Positions 52,187 through 60,781 of a stretch of 64,000 nucleotides of DNA are shown in pieces. A model generated the notes under the pieces. It did not search any database. It was not told the origin of the DNA and saw only the letters and a program-made list of their open reading frames with translations. The translations under genes and the position numbers were made by a program. The DNA comes from an uncultured delta proteobacterium (GTDB lineage: Bacteria; Myxococcota_A; Polyangia; Palsa-1104): contig CAWAWS010000025.1 of the NCBI GenBank assembly GCA_963785725.1, positions 1 through 64,000 of the forward strand, in the 5' to 3' direction. How positions within the stretch are numbered: position 1 is the stretch's first letter; each line of letters opens with the position of its first letter.

Positions 52187-53707
52187 GTGAAGACTGCCAT
52201 CGTCATCGGCGCCGGAGTCGGCGGATTGGCCGCGGCCATCCACTTGGCGCGCGCCGGCGTGCGCGTCCGGCTCTTCGAGCGCGCGGCCACCGTCGGCGGC
52301 AAGCTGCGCGAAATCGACTTGGGCGACCGCAAAGTTCTGGGCGGCCCGTCGGTGTTGACGATGCGCTGGGTCTTCGACGAGCTGTTCGACGGCCGCCTGG
52401 CCGACTACGTGACCTTGACGCCGGTCGATCCGCTCTGCCGCCACTTCTTCGCCGACCAAAGCCAGCTCGACCTCTTCACCGACGCTGACGAGAGCCGCGA
52501 GGCCATCCGTCGCTTCGCCGGCAATCGCGACGCCGACGGCTACATGAAGTTCCGCAAACAGGCGCACAAGATCTTCGACATCGTCAGAAAGCCGTTCATG
52601 GAAGAGGCGGTGCCGTCGCTGTTCGACTTCATGAGCCCGCGCTCCTTGTGGCAGCTGACGCAGATCGACGGGATGCGCACGCTCATGCGCGCCGTCGAGG
52701 ACTACTTCGTCGACCCGCGTTTGCGACAGCTATTCGCGCGTTACGCGACCTATAACGGCTCGTCGCCGTATCACGCGCCGGCGACGCTGGCGGTCATCGC
52801 GCACGTCGAGAACGCGCACGGCATCTTCGGCGTTTCCGGCGGCATTTACCGCTTGGCCGAGGCGCTCGAGCGGCGCGCGCGCGAGCTCGGCGTCGACGTC
52901 GTCACCAACGCCGACGTCGAGGAGATCGTCGTCGAGCCCAACGGCGGCCCGCTGGCGACGGCGCTGCGCGCGCGCGGCATCCGCGTCAACGGCGGTGTCG
53001 AATGGGCCGATTGCGTCGTCGCCAACTGCGATGTCGCCGACGCCTATGGACGCTTATTGGCCGATGTCGCGCCGGCGCGGAAGCAAATGCGCAAATATGC
53101 CGAGGAAGAATTATCGCTCTCGGCCTATGTGCTGTTGGCTCTGTCGCCCAAGCCGAAACAGCCGTCTTTGCTGCATCACAACGTCTTCTTCTCGAGCGAC
53201 TATGCGCGTGAGTTTCGTCAGCTCGTCGACGAGCGGCGGCCGCCCGAAGATCCGACGGTCTATGTCTGCCACGAACAAGCGACAATGACCGATGAGACTG
53301 ACGAAGCGCCCTATTTCATCCTCACCAACGCGCCGCCGCTGACTGACAAAGGCGCGACCCAAGCGGCCATCGATTGGCCGGCGGAGTCGGCGCGTTGTCG
53401 CGCGCGCATCGAGCGCGTGTTGGCGCGGCACGGCTGGGATCTGACGCCGTCGGCGACGAGCGAAATCACGCCGCCCGACTTCGCCGCGCGCTTCCCGTCG
53501 AGCCGCGGCGCCATTTACGGCTTGGCGTCGAACTCGCGCTTGGCGGCGTTCAAGCGGCCGGCCAACACTTTTCCCGGTATCGAAGGCATCTATTTCTGCG
53601 GCGGCTCCGTACATCCTGGTGCCGGCTTGCCGATGGTCGCTTTGTCGGCACGAATCGCCACGCGGCTGGCTCTGACGAACGAATGGAAGGATACTGAGCG
53701 CGCATGA
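52187..53707 (+). CDS. Phytoene desaturase family carotenoid desaturase (CrtD/CrtI-like)
   Basis: IGAGVGGLAAA, GGK, GPSVLTMRWVFDELF, RYATYNGSSP..APATL..IAHVE, HHNVFFS.DY..EF, DPTVYVC and GGSVHPGAGLPM.ALS. Confidence 0.9.
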   Translation: MKTAIVIGAGVGGLAAAIHLARAGVRVRLFERAATVGGKLREIDLGDRKVLGGPSVLTMRWVFDELFDGRLADYVTLTPVDPLCRHFFADQSQLDLFTDADESREAIRRFAGNRDADGYMKFRKQAHKIFDIVRKPFMEEAVPSLFDFMSPRSLWQLTQIDGMRTLMRAVEDYFVDPRLRQLFARYATYNGSSPYHAPATLAVIAHVENAHGIFGVSGGIYRLAEALERRARELGVDVVTNADVEEIVVEPNGGPLATALRARGIRVNGGVEWADCVVANCDVADAYGRLLADVAPARKQMRKYAEEELSLSAYVLLALSPKPKQPSLLHHNVFFSSDYAREFRQLVDERRPPEDPTVYVCHEQATMTDETDEAPYFILTNAPPLTDKGATQAAIDWPAESARCRARIERVLARHGWDLTPSATSEITPPDFAARFPSSRGAIYGLASNSRLAAFKRPANTFPGIEGIYFCGGSVHPGAGLPMVALSARIATRLALTNEWKDTERA

Positions 53708-55357
53708 AACCGGATCACGATGTAGCCATCCTCGGCGGCGGTCTCGTCGGTGCCATGGCCGCTTTGCAGCTGCAGCGGCGCGGTATCGACTGCGTCGTCC
53801 TCGAGTCGCGGCCGTGGGGCAAAGAGCAAAAGACGGTGGTCGGCGAAGCGCTCACCGAAGGCACGAGCGTGTTCTTGCGGCACGAGTTGGAGCTGACCGA
53901 CTGGCTCAAAGAGCATGCTTATCGCAAGTTCGGCTTCGACTTCCTCATTCGCCCGCGCAATGCGCCGTTGCCGGAGACGATGGAAGATTGTCACGAATTA
54001 CTGCTGTCATTGACGCCGCTGGAAAAGAATCCCGACGCGTTCACCAAGCTGATTCCGACCTATCACGTCGAGCGCACGGCCTTCAATCGCCACGTCGCCG
54101 AGCGCGCCATCGCCGCCGGCGCGCGCTATCTCGACGGCGCCAGCGTCGAGCAAGTGGCATTGGGCGAGCCTCCCGGCCTCGCCTAACGGCGCAATGAAGG
54201 GCGAGCCGCATCGCGTGCACTATGCGCACAAAGGCGCGCCGCAATCGCTGACGGCGCGCTGGGTCATCGACGCCAGCGGCCGTCGCACCGTGCTCGGCCG
54301 CCAGCTCGGCATCACCCGTCCCGTCGCCGAGCTCGACACCGCCGCCGTGTGGAACCGCTTCGAAAACGTCAATGACGACCCGGCGTTTTGGCGCACGTTT
54401 CACGGCGTCGATCGGCGGCGACATACCATTCACTTTTGCGGCGACGGCTTTTGGATCTGGTGGATTCACTTGAAAGGCGGCCATACGTCGGTCGGCGTCT
54501 CTTACGACAAAGCGCAGCACCAGCCGGACATCAAGACCGACGATCGCGGCTTCTGGGAGCTGATTCGTAAGTTCCCGCCGGTCGCCAAAGCGCTCGCCGA
54601 CGCGCGGCCGCTCGAGCCTTATCAGTATTACGCGCACCTGCCTTACAACAGCGATTATTGGTTATCGCAGCAGCGTTATGCGCTCATCGGCGATGCCGCT
54701 TGGTTCACCGACGCGCTCTACTCGATCGGCATCGAGACCGCGTGCCGGCAATTGACGGCGTTGGCGCCCATCGTCGTCGGCGACACGCGCGGCGACGCCA
54801 TCTGTCCCGACAATGTCGCCCTATTGAACAGCGAGTTCGGCAATACGCAAAAGGCGGTCTTGCAGCTCAACAAGTTCAAATACAAAGAGGGTTGGCACCG
54901 CCCGCACGTCGTCATGCAAACGGCGCTGTACGAGTTGGGCGAGATCGCCGAGCTCTATCACATGCAAGATCGCCGGCGCTGGCTGCCGGAAAACCTGGCG
55001 CGCAACTATCGTATGCAATGGGGCTCCAAAGCGCGGCTCGATTCCTTAGTGCGGTTCCAAGAAGAGGCGCTCAAGGACGGCGACAGAGATTTGACCGACG
55101 ACCAGCTGCTCAAGAAGGCGCTCTTGCCCGGCCGTCGCGTCTACAATGTCACTTGGCCGCTGTGGAAGCTGCCCAACGCGCGTCCGTGGTTCTTCAAGCT
55201 GACGCGCGTCTGGGGCTTTGCCGAGCGACTGACGCAGCGACACCAGCTGTTCCCCGATGGTCTGGGCTGGATGGCGGCCGAAGACTGGAAGCAGATGTTG
55301 CCCGGCCAGCGCGCGCACAAAAAGAGCGATGCCGTCCAGCGATCTTCGGTCGGCTGA
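53704..55357 (+). CDS. Flavin-dependent halogenase-like oxidoreductase; +1 frameshift near 54172-54175
   Basis: GGGLVG, VVGEA, candidate catalytic Lys in YRKFG, YHVER..F, VIDASGR, WIWWIHL (WxWxIP-like) and GDAAWF.D.LYS.G. ORFs 53704-54186 and 54194-55357 join if one C is removed from CCTCCCGG. Confidence 0.75.
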
Positions 55358-56159
55358 GCCGGCGCGCGGCGCGCCGCGCTTCGACGCCGAGCTGCTGCCG
55401 CGCCTCGTGCGCATTCCCTTCTTTCGACAAGCGACAGACATAGAGATCGATCGTTCCTATGACGCCTATGTCAGCGGCGATTACCAGCGACTGTGCGACG
55501 TCTGGTGCGAAACGGCGCAGCCGACGCGCGCCGATCTCGGCAAATTGACGACGATTTACGATCGCGCCCGTTACGCGCCTTCCTTATCGAACGGCCTGGT
55601 GTTCCTCGCGACATTGCGCGCCGTCTTGCGCGCGGGCGTGAAGTTCCGCAGCAAGCTGTCGGCGCGAACGCAGCTGTCGTTACAAAAGGACTTCCCCTGG
55701 CTCGAGAATCGCCATCGCCATATTCCGCCGGGATGGACACCCTCCTTCAAGTTTCCCGACGAGATGCGCCGATTCATCGACGCGCTGCCGATCGAAGACG
55801 CGCGCGTGCGCTGGCAATTGTGCGCGGCCTTGAATGAGGTGCAGCAGCAGTGGTATTCGCGCCACGCCGCCGAGCGCTTCGCCGTGCCCGAGCTCGTGCA
55901 GCATGCGGCGCGCGAGCGGCAATTGGCGGTCAATTACTTCGCGCATTGGGCGCCGCCGGTGACGCGCGAGCTGTGGCGCCAATGCATCGTCATGCTCGAC
56001 GCGCTCAACGCCGCGACGTTCGATATGATCTGCAATCGCGAGCGCGGCGCGATGTTGCGCCACGCGGCGACGGGATGGATCACCCGCCGCGGCGAATGGC
56101 GACAGTTTGTCGCAGCGTTAAAGACGCCGCAATGGATCATGGAGCCGAGCGTCTACTGA
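55329..56159 (+). CDS. Hypothetical protein, no family recognised
   Basis: Open frame of about 276 aa with host-like codon bias, overlapping the halogenase stop; start uncertain. Confidence 0.6.
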   Translation: MPSSDLRSAEPARGAPRFDAELLPRLVRIPFFRQATDIEIDRSYDAYVSGDYQRLCDVWCETAQPTRADLGKLTTIYDRARYAPSLSNGLVFLATLRAVLRAGVKFRSKLSARTQLSLQKDFPWLENRHRHIPPGWTPSFKFPDEMRRFIDALPIEDARVRWQLCAALNEVQQQWYSRHAAERFAVPELVQHAARERQLAVNYFAHWAPPVTRELWRQCIVMLDALNAATFDMICNRERGAMLRHAATGWITRRGEWRQFVAALKTPQWIMEPSVY

Positions 56160-56191
56160 TTCATGACTAAGAAAAGTGCTAAAAGCGAGCC

Positions 56192-56557
56192 ATGGCAATA
56201 TTGCGCTGGCTCTCTTTGCTCGCATCCGCCGCTTTATTACTCGCCGTCATCGTCGCCAACCTACGCAATGGGCGCATCGTCGATCCCGTCGTTCTCCGCC
56301 GTTCGGCGCGCCGCCTCGGCTGGGCCATCGCCGGCAGCTTCGTCTTCGCATTCGCGATCTTCGCGATCTCCATGATCGGCAGCTTCGCCACCGTCGCCAC
56401 CGTGCCGCCCGAGCGCAAAGCCGCAGTCCTGGCCGCCGCCATCGACGGCTCCGCATTCAGTCTGCGCGGGTCTGTTTGGCTGCTCTTCACTGCGCTCATC
56501 GGTGTAGCGGTCTTACGATTCCGCGCTGGTTACCATTCGCCCGCCAAGAAATCCTGA
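56192..56557 (+). CDS. Small 3-TM membrane protein with a TolQ/ExbB/MotA-like C-terminal motif
   Basis: Three hydrophobic segments; SF.TVA.V.PE.KAAVLA.AI motif. Confidence 0.55.
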   Translation: MAILRWLSLLASAALLLAVIVANLRNGRIVDPVVLRRSARRLGWAIAGSFVFAFAIFAISMIGSFATVATVPPERKAAVLAAAIDGSAFSLRGSVWLLFTALIGVAVLRFRAGYHSPAKKS

Positions 56558-56738
56558 CGCGCTCATCTGCATTCCGTGTCGGCAATCGAAGGGCAATGCC
56601 GACCGCTCAGTCGCGCAGCACAATCGGCGTTTCCCGCGTGTTAAATGCCGTTCGTCGGACTTCGTTCGCCTCTCCGACTTTTATCTCCCGTGACGGCGCG
56701 ATTGACGGAGCGCACAGACTTCGCAACGGTGGCGTTCC

Positions 56739-57818
56739 ATGAAACTGTCTTTCGCGTTCGCATTTGTCCTCTTAATGGGCTGCGGTAATTCCTCGCATTC
56801 GACCGACATGTCGCCAAGCGCCGACCTCGAACCACCCGAGGCAACGGATATGTCCGCGACCGAGCCTGGCGCCGGCGTCGACACCACCGTCAATATCTTC
56901 ACCAATCAGCTCTTCGCCTTCGACAACAGCGGCAACAAGCGCGAGAACACCGCCACCGTCGATCTGCCGACGGCCGGCACCTACGCCAAGATCACGCTGC
57001 ACGTCGCGCTCAGCTGCCCGTCCAAAGGCTGCGATCCGTACGATCGCGTGGCCACGCTCGGCGTCATCCAGCCCGGCGGCACCGACGCCGGCGTCGAGAA
57101 CATCACGGAGATCGGCCGCTACGTCACGCCCTTCGGCGTCGCCGGCGCCTGGGACATCGACGTCACCGACTTACGCCCGCTCTTGTCGGGCACCGTCACC
57201 ATCCACGGCCTCATCGACACCTGGGTCGGCAACGGCCAAGGCTGGCTTTTGACGGCGAGCCTGATCTACGTCGGCGGCATTCCGGCCAACATCCCCGTCG
57301 CCGTCCTGCCGCTGCCATGGAGCAACTTCAACATCGGCGACCCCACGCAGCCGGTCTCGTCGAGCCTGCCCGCGCAGACGGTGACGCTGCCGAGCGGCGC
57401 CACCCACGCCGCCGTGCGCATCAACGCCACCGGCCACGGCCAAGGCAACGTCAACAACTGCGGCGAGTTCTGCTCGCTCAACCACACGCTGCTCATCAAC
57501 AACCTGCTCGAGAAGCAGTTCGCCGTCTGGCGCGACGACTGCGCCAAGAACCCGGTCAGCCCGCAAAACGGCACCTGGATGTACGACCGCGCCGGCTGGT
57601 GCCCCGGCGCCGACGTCAAGCCGATCACCATCGATCTCGGACCGCGCGCCGGCGCCTTCCAGGTCGGCTACACTATCGACCCCTACGTCAACACGTGCAG
57701 CCCGGGCGCGTCCTGCGACACGTCGACGTGCACGCTCGGCGCGTCCTGCGACTTCGACGGCGGTCTACACACGACGCCCTTCATCGAATTCAGCGCCGCC
57801 GTCATCGCTTATCGCTAA
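56739..57818 (+). CDS. Lipoprotein with peptide-N-glycosidase F-like domains
   Basis: Lipobox LLMG-C; CDPYDR, EIGRYVTPFG, DVTDLRPLL.G, TGHG, CGEFC, WRDDC..NP and G.W...RAGWCPG motifs of PNGase F-related proteins. Confidence 0.85.
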   Translation: MKLSFAFAFVLLMGCGNSSHSTDMSPSADLEPPEATDMSATEPGAGVDTTVNIFTNQLFAFDNSGNKRENTATVDLPTAGTYAKITLHVALSCPSKGCDPYDRVATLGVIQPGGTDAGVENITEIGRYVTPFGVAGAWDIDVTDLRPLLSGTVTIHGLIDTWVGNGQGWLLTASLIYVGGIPANIPVAVLPLPWSNFNIGDPTQPVSSSLPAQTVTLPSGATHAAVRINATGHGQGNVNNCGEFCSLNHTLLINNLLEKQFAVWRDDCAKNPVSPQNGTWMYDRAGWCPGADVKPITIDLGPRAGAFQVGYTIDPYVNTCSPGASCDTSTCTLGASCDFDGGLHTTPFIEFSAAVIAYR

Positions 57819-57827
57819 AGGGAATTC

Positions 57828-57933
57828 CAATACTGAAGCAGTTGCTTCACTGACGCGCAGCTCGTTTACCGCCATTCCGTCCGGCGCAGCGCGATCGCAC
57901 TCACTCAATAGTGAAGCGATCACTTCACTCACG
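57828..57933. repeat. Pair of 28-bp directly repeated, internally palindromic sites
   Basis: 57828-57855 CAATACTGAAG-CAGTTG-CTTCACTGACG and 57906-57933 CAATAGTGAAG-CGATCA-CTTCACTCACG; starts are 78 bp apart. Confidence 0.75.
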
Positions 57934-57943
57934 ATCACGACGT

Positions 57944-58678
57944 CTACCGGCCGCCGGAGATCCAGCGCGCATACAGCCCCGTGCTGCGCGCGCCGGCGAC
58001 CGGATCGCGCGCGCCGTCCACTTTGCCCGCGACTTGGCCTGCGACTTTGACGGAGAGCTCGGTGCCGCCTTTCAATGGCAATGACATCGAGCGAAAGCCG
58101 TTCCGCGGATCGCGAATGAACTGCAAATAATCGGGCTCGCCATTGTCGTTCATGACCAATCCGCCGACGCGGAGCTGCGGCGCCACGACTTCGATGACCT
58201 CGCGCGCCAACGACGGGCCGTCACCGCCGGGCCAGCCGTCGACGAGCATGAAGTCGATGGGCGCGCCCAATTCGCGCAAGGTCTGGCGCGCGTCGCCCGA
58301 GCGAATGTCGACCCACTCGTCGAGGCCGGCGGCCTGCAAGTAGCGCTGCGCCGTCGCGATCTTCTCGGGCACGATCTCGGAGCCGATGACGTGGCCGCCG
58401 CCGTTGTCGCGCATCGCGGCCGCGAAATAGAGGGTCGAGACGCCGATCGACGTCGCGAACTCGGCCACGCGCGTGGCGCCGATCGCGCGGCACAACAAGT
58501 AGATGAGCTCGCCCTGATCGCGCTGGATCGAGAAGCCGAACTCACTGTAGTCCTGCGGATCGCGGCTGCCGCTGCCGCGCGGTCCACCGTCGAGCGGACG
58601 GCGATGCGCGCGCTCCATCATCTGCCCCAACACGGCGTCGAAGCGCGCGTCGAGAATGGGACCATTCTGTAGATTCAT
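57944..58678 (-). CDS. Class I SAM-dependent O-methyltransferase
   Basis: GELIYLLCRAIGA.RVAEFATSIGVSTLY, GSEI...K, GDARQTL and MLVDGW; RBS GGAGA. Confidence 0.9.
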   Translation of the reverse strand: MNLQNGPILDARFDAVLGQMMERAHRRPLDGGPRGSGSRDPQDYSEFGFSIQRDQGELIYLLCRAIGATRVAEFATSIGVSTLYFAAAMRDNGGGHVIGSEIVPEKIATAQRYLQAAGLDEWVDIRSGDARQTLRELGAPIDFMLVDGWPGGDGPSLAREVIEVVAPQLRVGGLVMNDNGEPDYLQFIRDPRNGFRSMSLPLKGGTELSVKVAGQVAGKVDGARDPVAGARSTGLYARWISGGR

Positions 58679-58699
58679 ATCGTTCTCCCGCTCCTTCAA

Positions 58700-59359
58700 T
58701 CAGCCTTTGGCCAACAGCTCGTACAGCTGCCGCCGCGCCTCGACGATGACCGCGCGCGCCTTTTGCCGCTGCTCCTCGTTGCCGGCGCTGTAGACCTGCC
58801 GCGCCGCCAGCTTGAGGCCGTGCACGGCTTCGCGCAGCCCGTCGGAATCCTCGTCCGTCGCCTGCTGCCACGGCACGTCCGCCGCCTTGCCGCGCTCGGT
58901 CGCCTCGGTCTTGCCGGCCTTGGTCAGCGCGTAAATGCGCTTGCCGTCGCGCTCCTCGGCCTCGACCAGGCCTTCGTCCGCGAGCAGCTGCAAGGTCGGA
59001 TAGACCGAGCCCGGGCTCGGCCGCCACGCGCCGCCGCTCTTCTGCTCGAGCCGCGTCGACAGCTCGTAGCCGTGCGCCGGCCCGTCGACGAGCGCCAACA
59101 AGAGCGCCGTGCGCACGTCGCCGCGGCGCATGCGCGGCCCTTCACCCCACGGTCCGCCGAAGCCGCCGCGACCGCCGCCGTGCCAGCCGCCTTCGCGCGG
59201 TCCACCGCGTCCGCGGCCGAAGCCGGGACCTTCGCCGCGACCGCCGAGGCCGGCGCCTTCGCCGCGCCCGCGTCCCGGTCCGCCGCGTCCGTTGCGCCCA
59301 CGCCAGTCGCCATCGCCGCGCCAACCACCGCCACCACCATCTCGTCCGAATCCAAACAT
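58700..59359 (-). CDS. PadR-family transcriptional regulator with a Gly/Arg-rich N-terminus
   Basis: RRGDVRTALL.AL...PAHGYEL...L...SGG.WRPSPGSVYPTLQLL.DEGLV...DGKRIYALT..G and ARRQLY.LLA. Confidence 0.93.
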   Translation of the reverse strand: MFGFGRDGGGGGWRGDGDWRGRNGRGGPGRGRGEGAGLGGRGEGPGFGRGRGGPREGGWHGGGRGGFGGPWGEGPRMRRGDVRTALLLALVDGPAHGYELSTRLEQKSGGAWRPSPGSVYPTLQLLADEGLVEAEERDGKRIYALTKAGKTEATERGKAADVPWQQATDEDSDGLREAVHGLKLAARQVYSAGNEEQRQKARAVIVEARRQLYELLAKG

Positions 59360-59386
59360 GTCGTTCAGCTCCAAAGTTGTCTATCG

Positions 59387-59420
59387 CGATATATCGTAAT
59401 CGATCATGAGCGACTGTCAA
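59387..59420 (-). promoter_or_regulatory. padR promoter with an overlapping palindromic operator
   Basis: Minus strand TTGACA (59415-59420)-N16-TACGAT (59393-59398); perfect palindrome CGATATATCG (59387-59396) overlaps the -10. Confidence 0.7.
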
Positions 59421-59554
59421 TAGCTCGTGATAAGTCCCAGCGGGACGCGGCTTTCGCGGAGAATTTCGCGGCATCCATCCGGTCGCCGAACGCATGTCGC
59501 TTTCCCTTTGCTGAACATCCGTTCCGCCTTATCTTCTACTCCCTTGGTGCGCAC

Positions 59555-60781
59555 ATGAAGTTCGTCCACGCCGCCGATTTGCACATCGACAGCCCGCTGC
59601 GCGGGCTCGGCGCCTACGACGGCGCGCCGGTCGAGCGCGTCCGCGGCGCCACGCGACGCGCGCTCGCCAACTTGGTGCAGCTGTGCCTCGACGAGCGCGC
59701 CGCCTTTTTGATCCTCGCCGGCGACGTCTTCGACGGCGAATGGAAGGACTTCAACACCGGCCTCTTCTTCGTCAAGCAGCTCAACCGCCTGCGCGACGCC
59801 GGCACGCGCGTCTTCCTCGTGCGCGGCAACCACGACGCCATGAGCGAAGTGACGCGCGCGCTCGAGCTGCCCTCACACGTGCACGAGTTCGCCGACGGCC
59901 GCGCCGAGACCATCGTCGACGATCGCTACGGCGTCGCCCTGCACGGCCTCAGCTTCGCGCGCCGCGAAATGCGCGACTCGCCGGTGCCGCTCTATCCGAC
60001 GCCCATCGCCGGCGCGCTCAACATCGGCGTCTTGCACACGTCGGCCGGCGGCCACGCGCAGCACGCCACCTACGCGCCCTGCGCCGTCGACGAATTGGTG
60101 CGCAAAGGCTACGACTACTGGGCGCTCGGCCACGTCCACGCCCACGAAATCCTGCACCGCGCACCGTCGTGGGTCGTCTTCCCCGGCAACACGCAAGGGC
60201 GCCACATTCGCGAGACGGGCCCGAAGGGCTGCGTCGTCGTCACCGTCGAGGATGGCGCGGTGTCCGAGGTTCGTCAGGCGCCGCTCGACGTCGTGCGCTG
60301 GCAGCGCGTCGAGCTCGCGCTCGGCGAAGAGGACGGCGTCGACGAGCTGTACGAATCGGCGCGGCGAGCGCTCGAGCGCGCGCGCCGCGAGGCCGACGGT
60401 CGGCTCGTCGCCGCGCGGCTCGTCGTCGGCGGCGCCACCCGCGCGCACGCGGCCATCAGCGGCGATCGGCAGCGCATCGCGGCGCAGCTGCGCGCCTTCT
60501 GCCTCGACGACCGCGACGAGCTGTGGCTGGAGAAGGTGGAGCTGCGCACGCGGCCGGCCGTCGCCATCGACGAGTTGCGCGCGTCCGAAGGCTTCGTCGG
60601 CGAGCTCTTGCGCGCCGTCGCCGCCGCCAAGGACGACCCGACGCTGGCCGCGGAGTTGCGCGCGCAGCTGCAGCCGCTCGTCGACAAGTTGGGCGACGAG
60701 CTGGGCGGCGAGCTCGACCTCGGCACGCTCATCGACGAAGCCGAAGCGCGCCTCGTGGCCGAGCTGGTGACGCCGACATGA
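59555..60781 (+). CDS. yhaO: Mre11/SbcD-like DNA repair exonuclease (YhaO family)
   Basis: MKFVHAADLHIDSPLRG, AGDVFD, GNHD, IGVLHT, YAPC, YDYWALGHVH and PGNTQGRH.RE.G.KG. Confidence 0.93.
   Translation: MKFVHAADLHIDSPLRGLGAYDGAPVERVRGATRRALANLVQLCLDERAAFLILAGDVFDGEWKDFNTGLFFVKQLNRLRDAGTRVFLVRGNHDAMSEVTRALELPSHVHEFADGRAETIVDDRYGVALHGLSFARREMRDSPVPLYPTPIAGALNIGVLHTSAGGHAQHATYAPCAVDELVRKGYDYWALGHVHAHEILHRAPSWVVFPGNTQGRHIRETGPKGCVVVTVEDGAVSEVRQAPLDVVRWQRVELALGEEDGVDELYESARRALERARREADGRLVAARLVVGGATRAHAAISGDRQRIAAQLRAFCLDDRDELWLEKVELRTRPAVAIDELRASEGFVGELLRAVAAAKDDPTLAAELRAQLQPLVDKLGDELGGELDLGTLIDEAEARLVAELVTPT

Noticed and set aside
56594..56654. Short matches to the IS4 terminus (CAATGCCGA at 56594; AATGCCGTTCG at 56644)
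   Set aside because: Only 9-11 bp, in the same orientation, with no transposase remnant; the first is part of a GTCGGCA/TGCCGAC hairpin. Chance is sufficient.
59683..60777. ORF-track extensions of yhaN (from 59683) and yhaO (from 58763)
   Set aside because: These are shadow frames; family N-termini (MIVNELRLERFG, MKFVHAADLH) start at 60778 and 59555.
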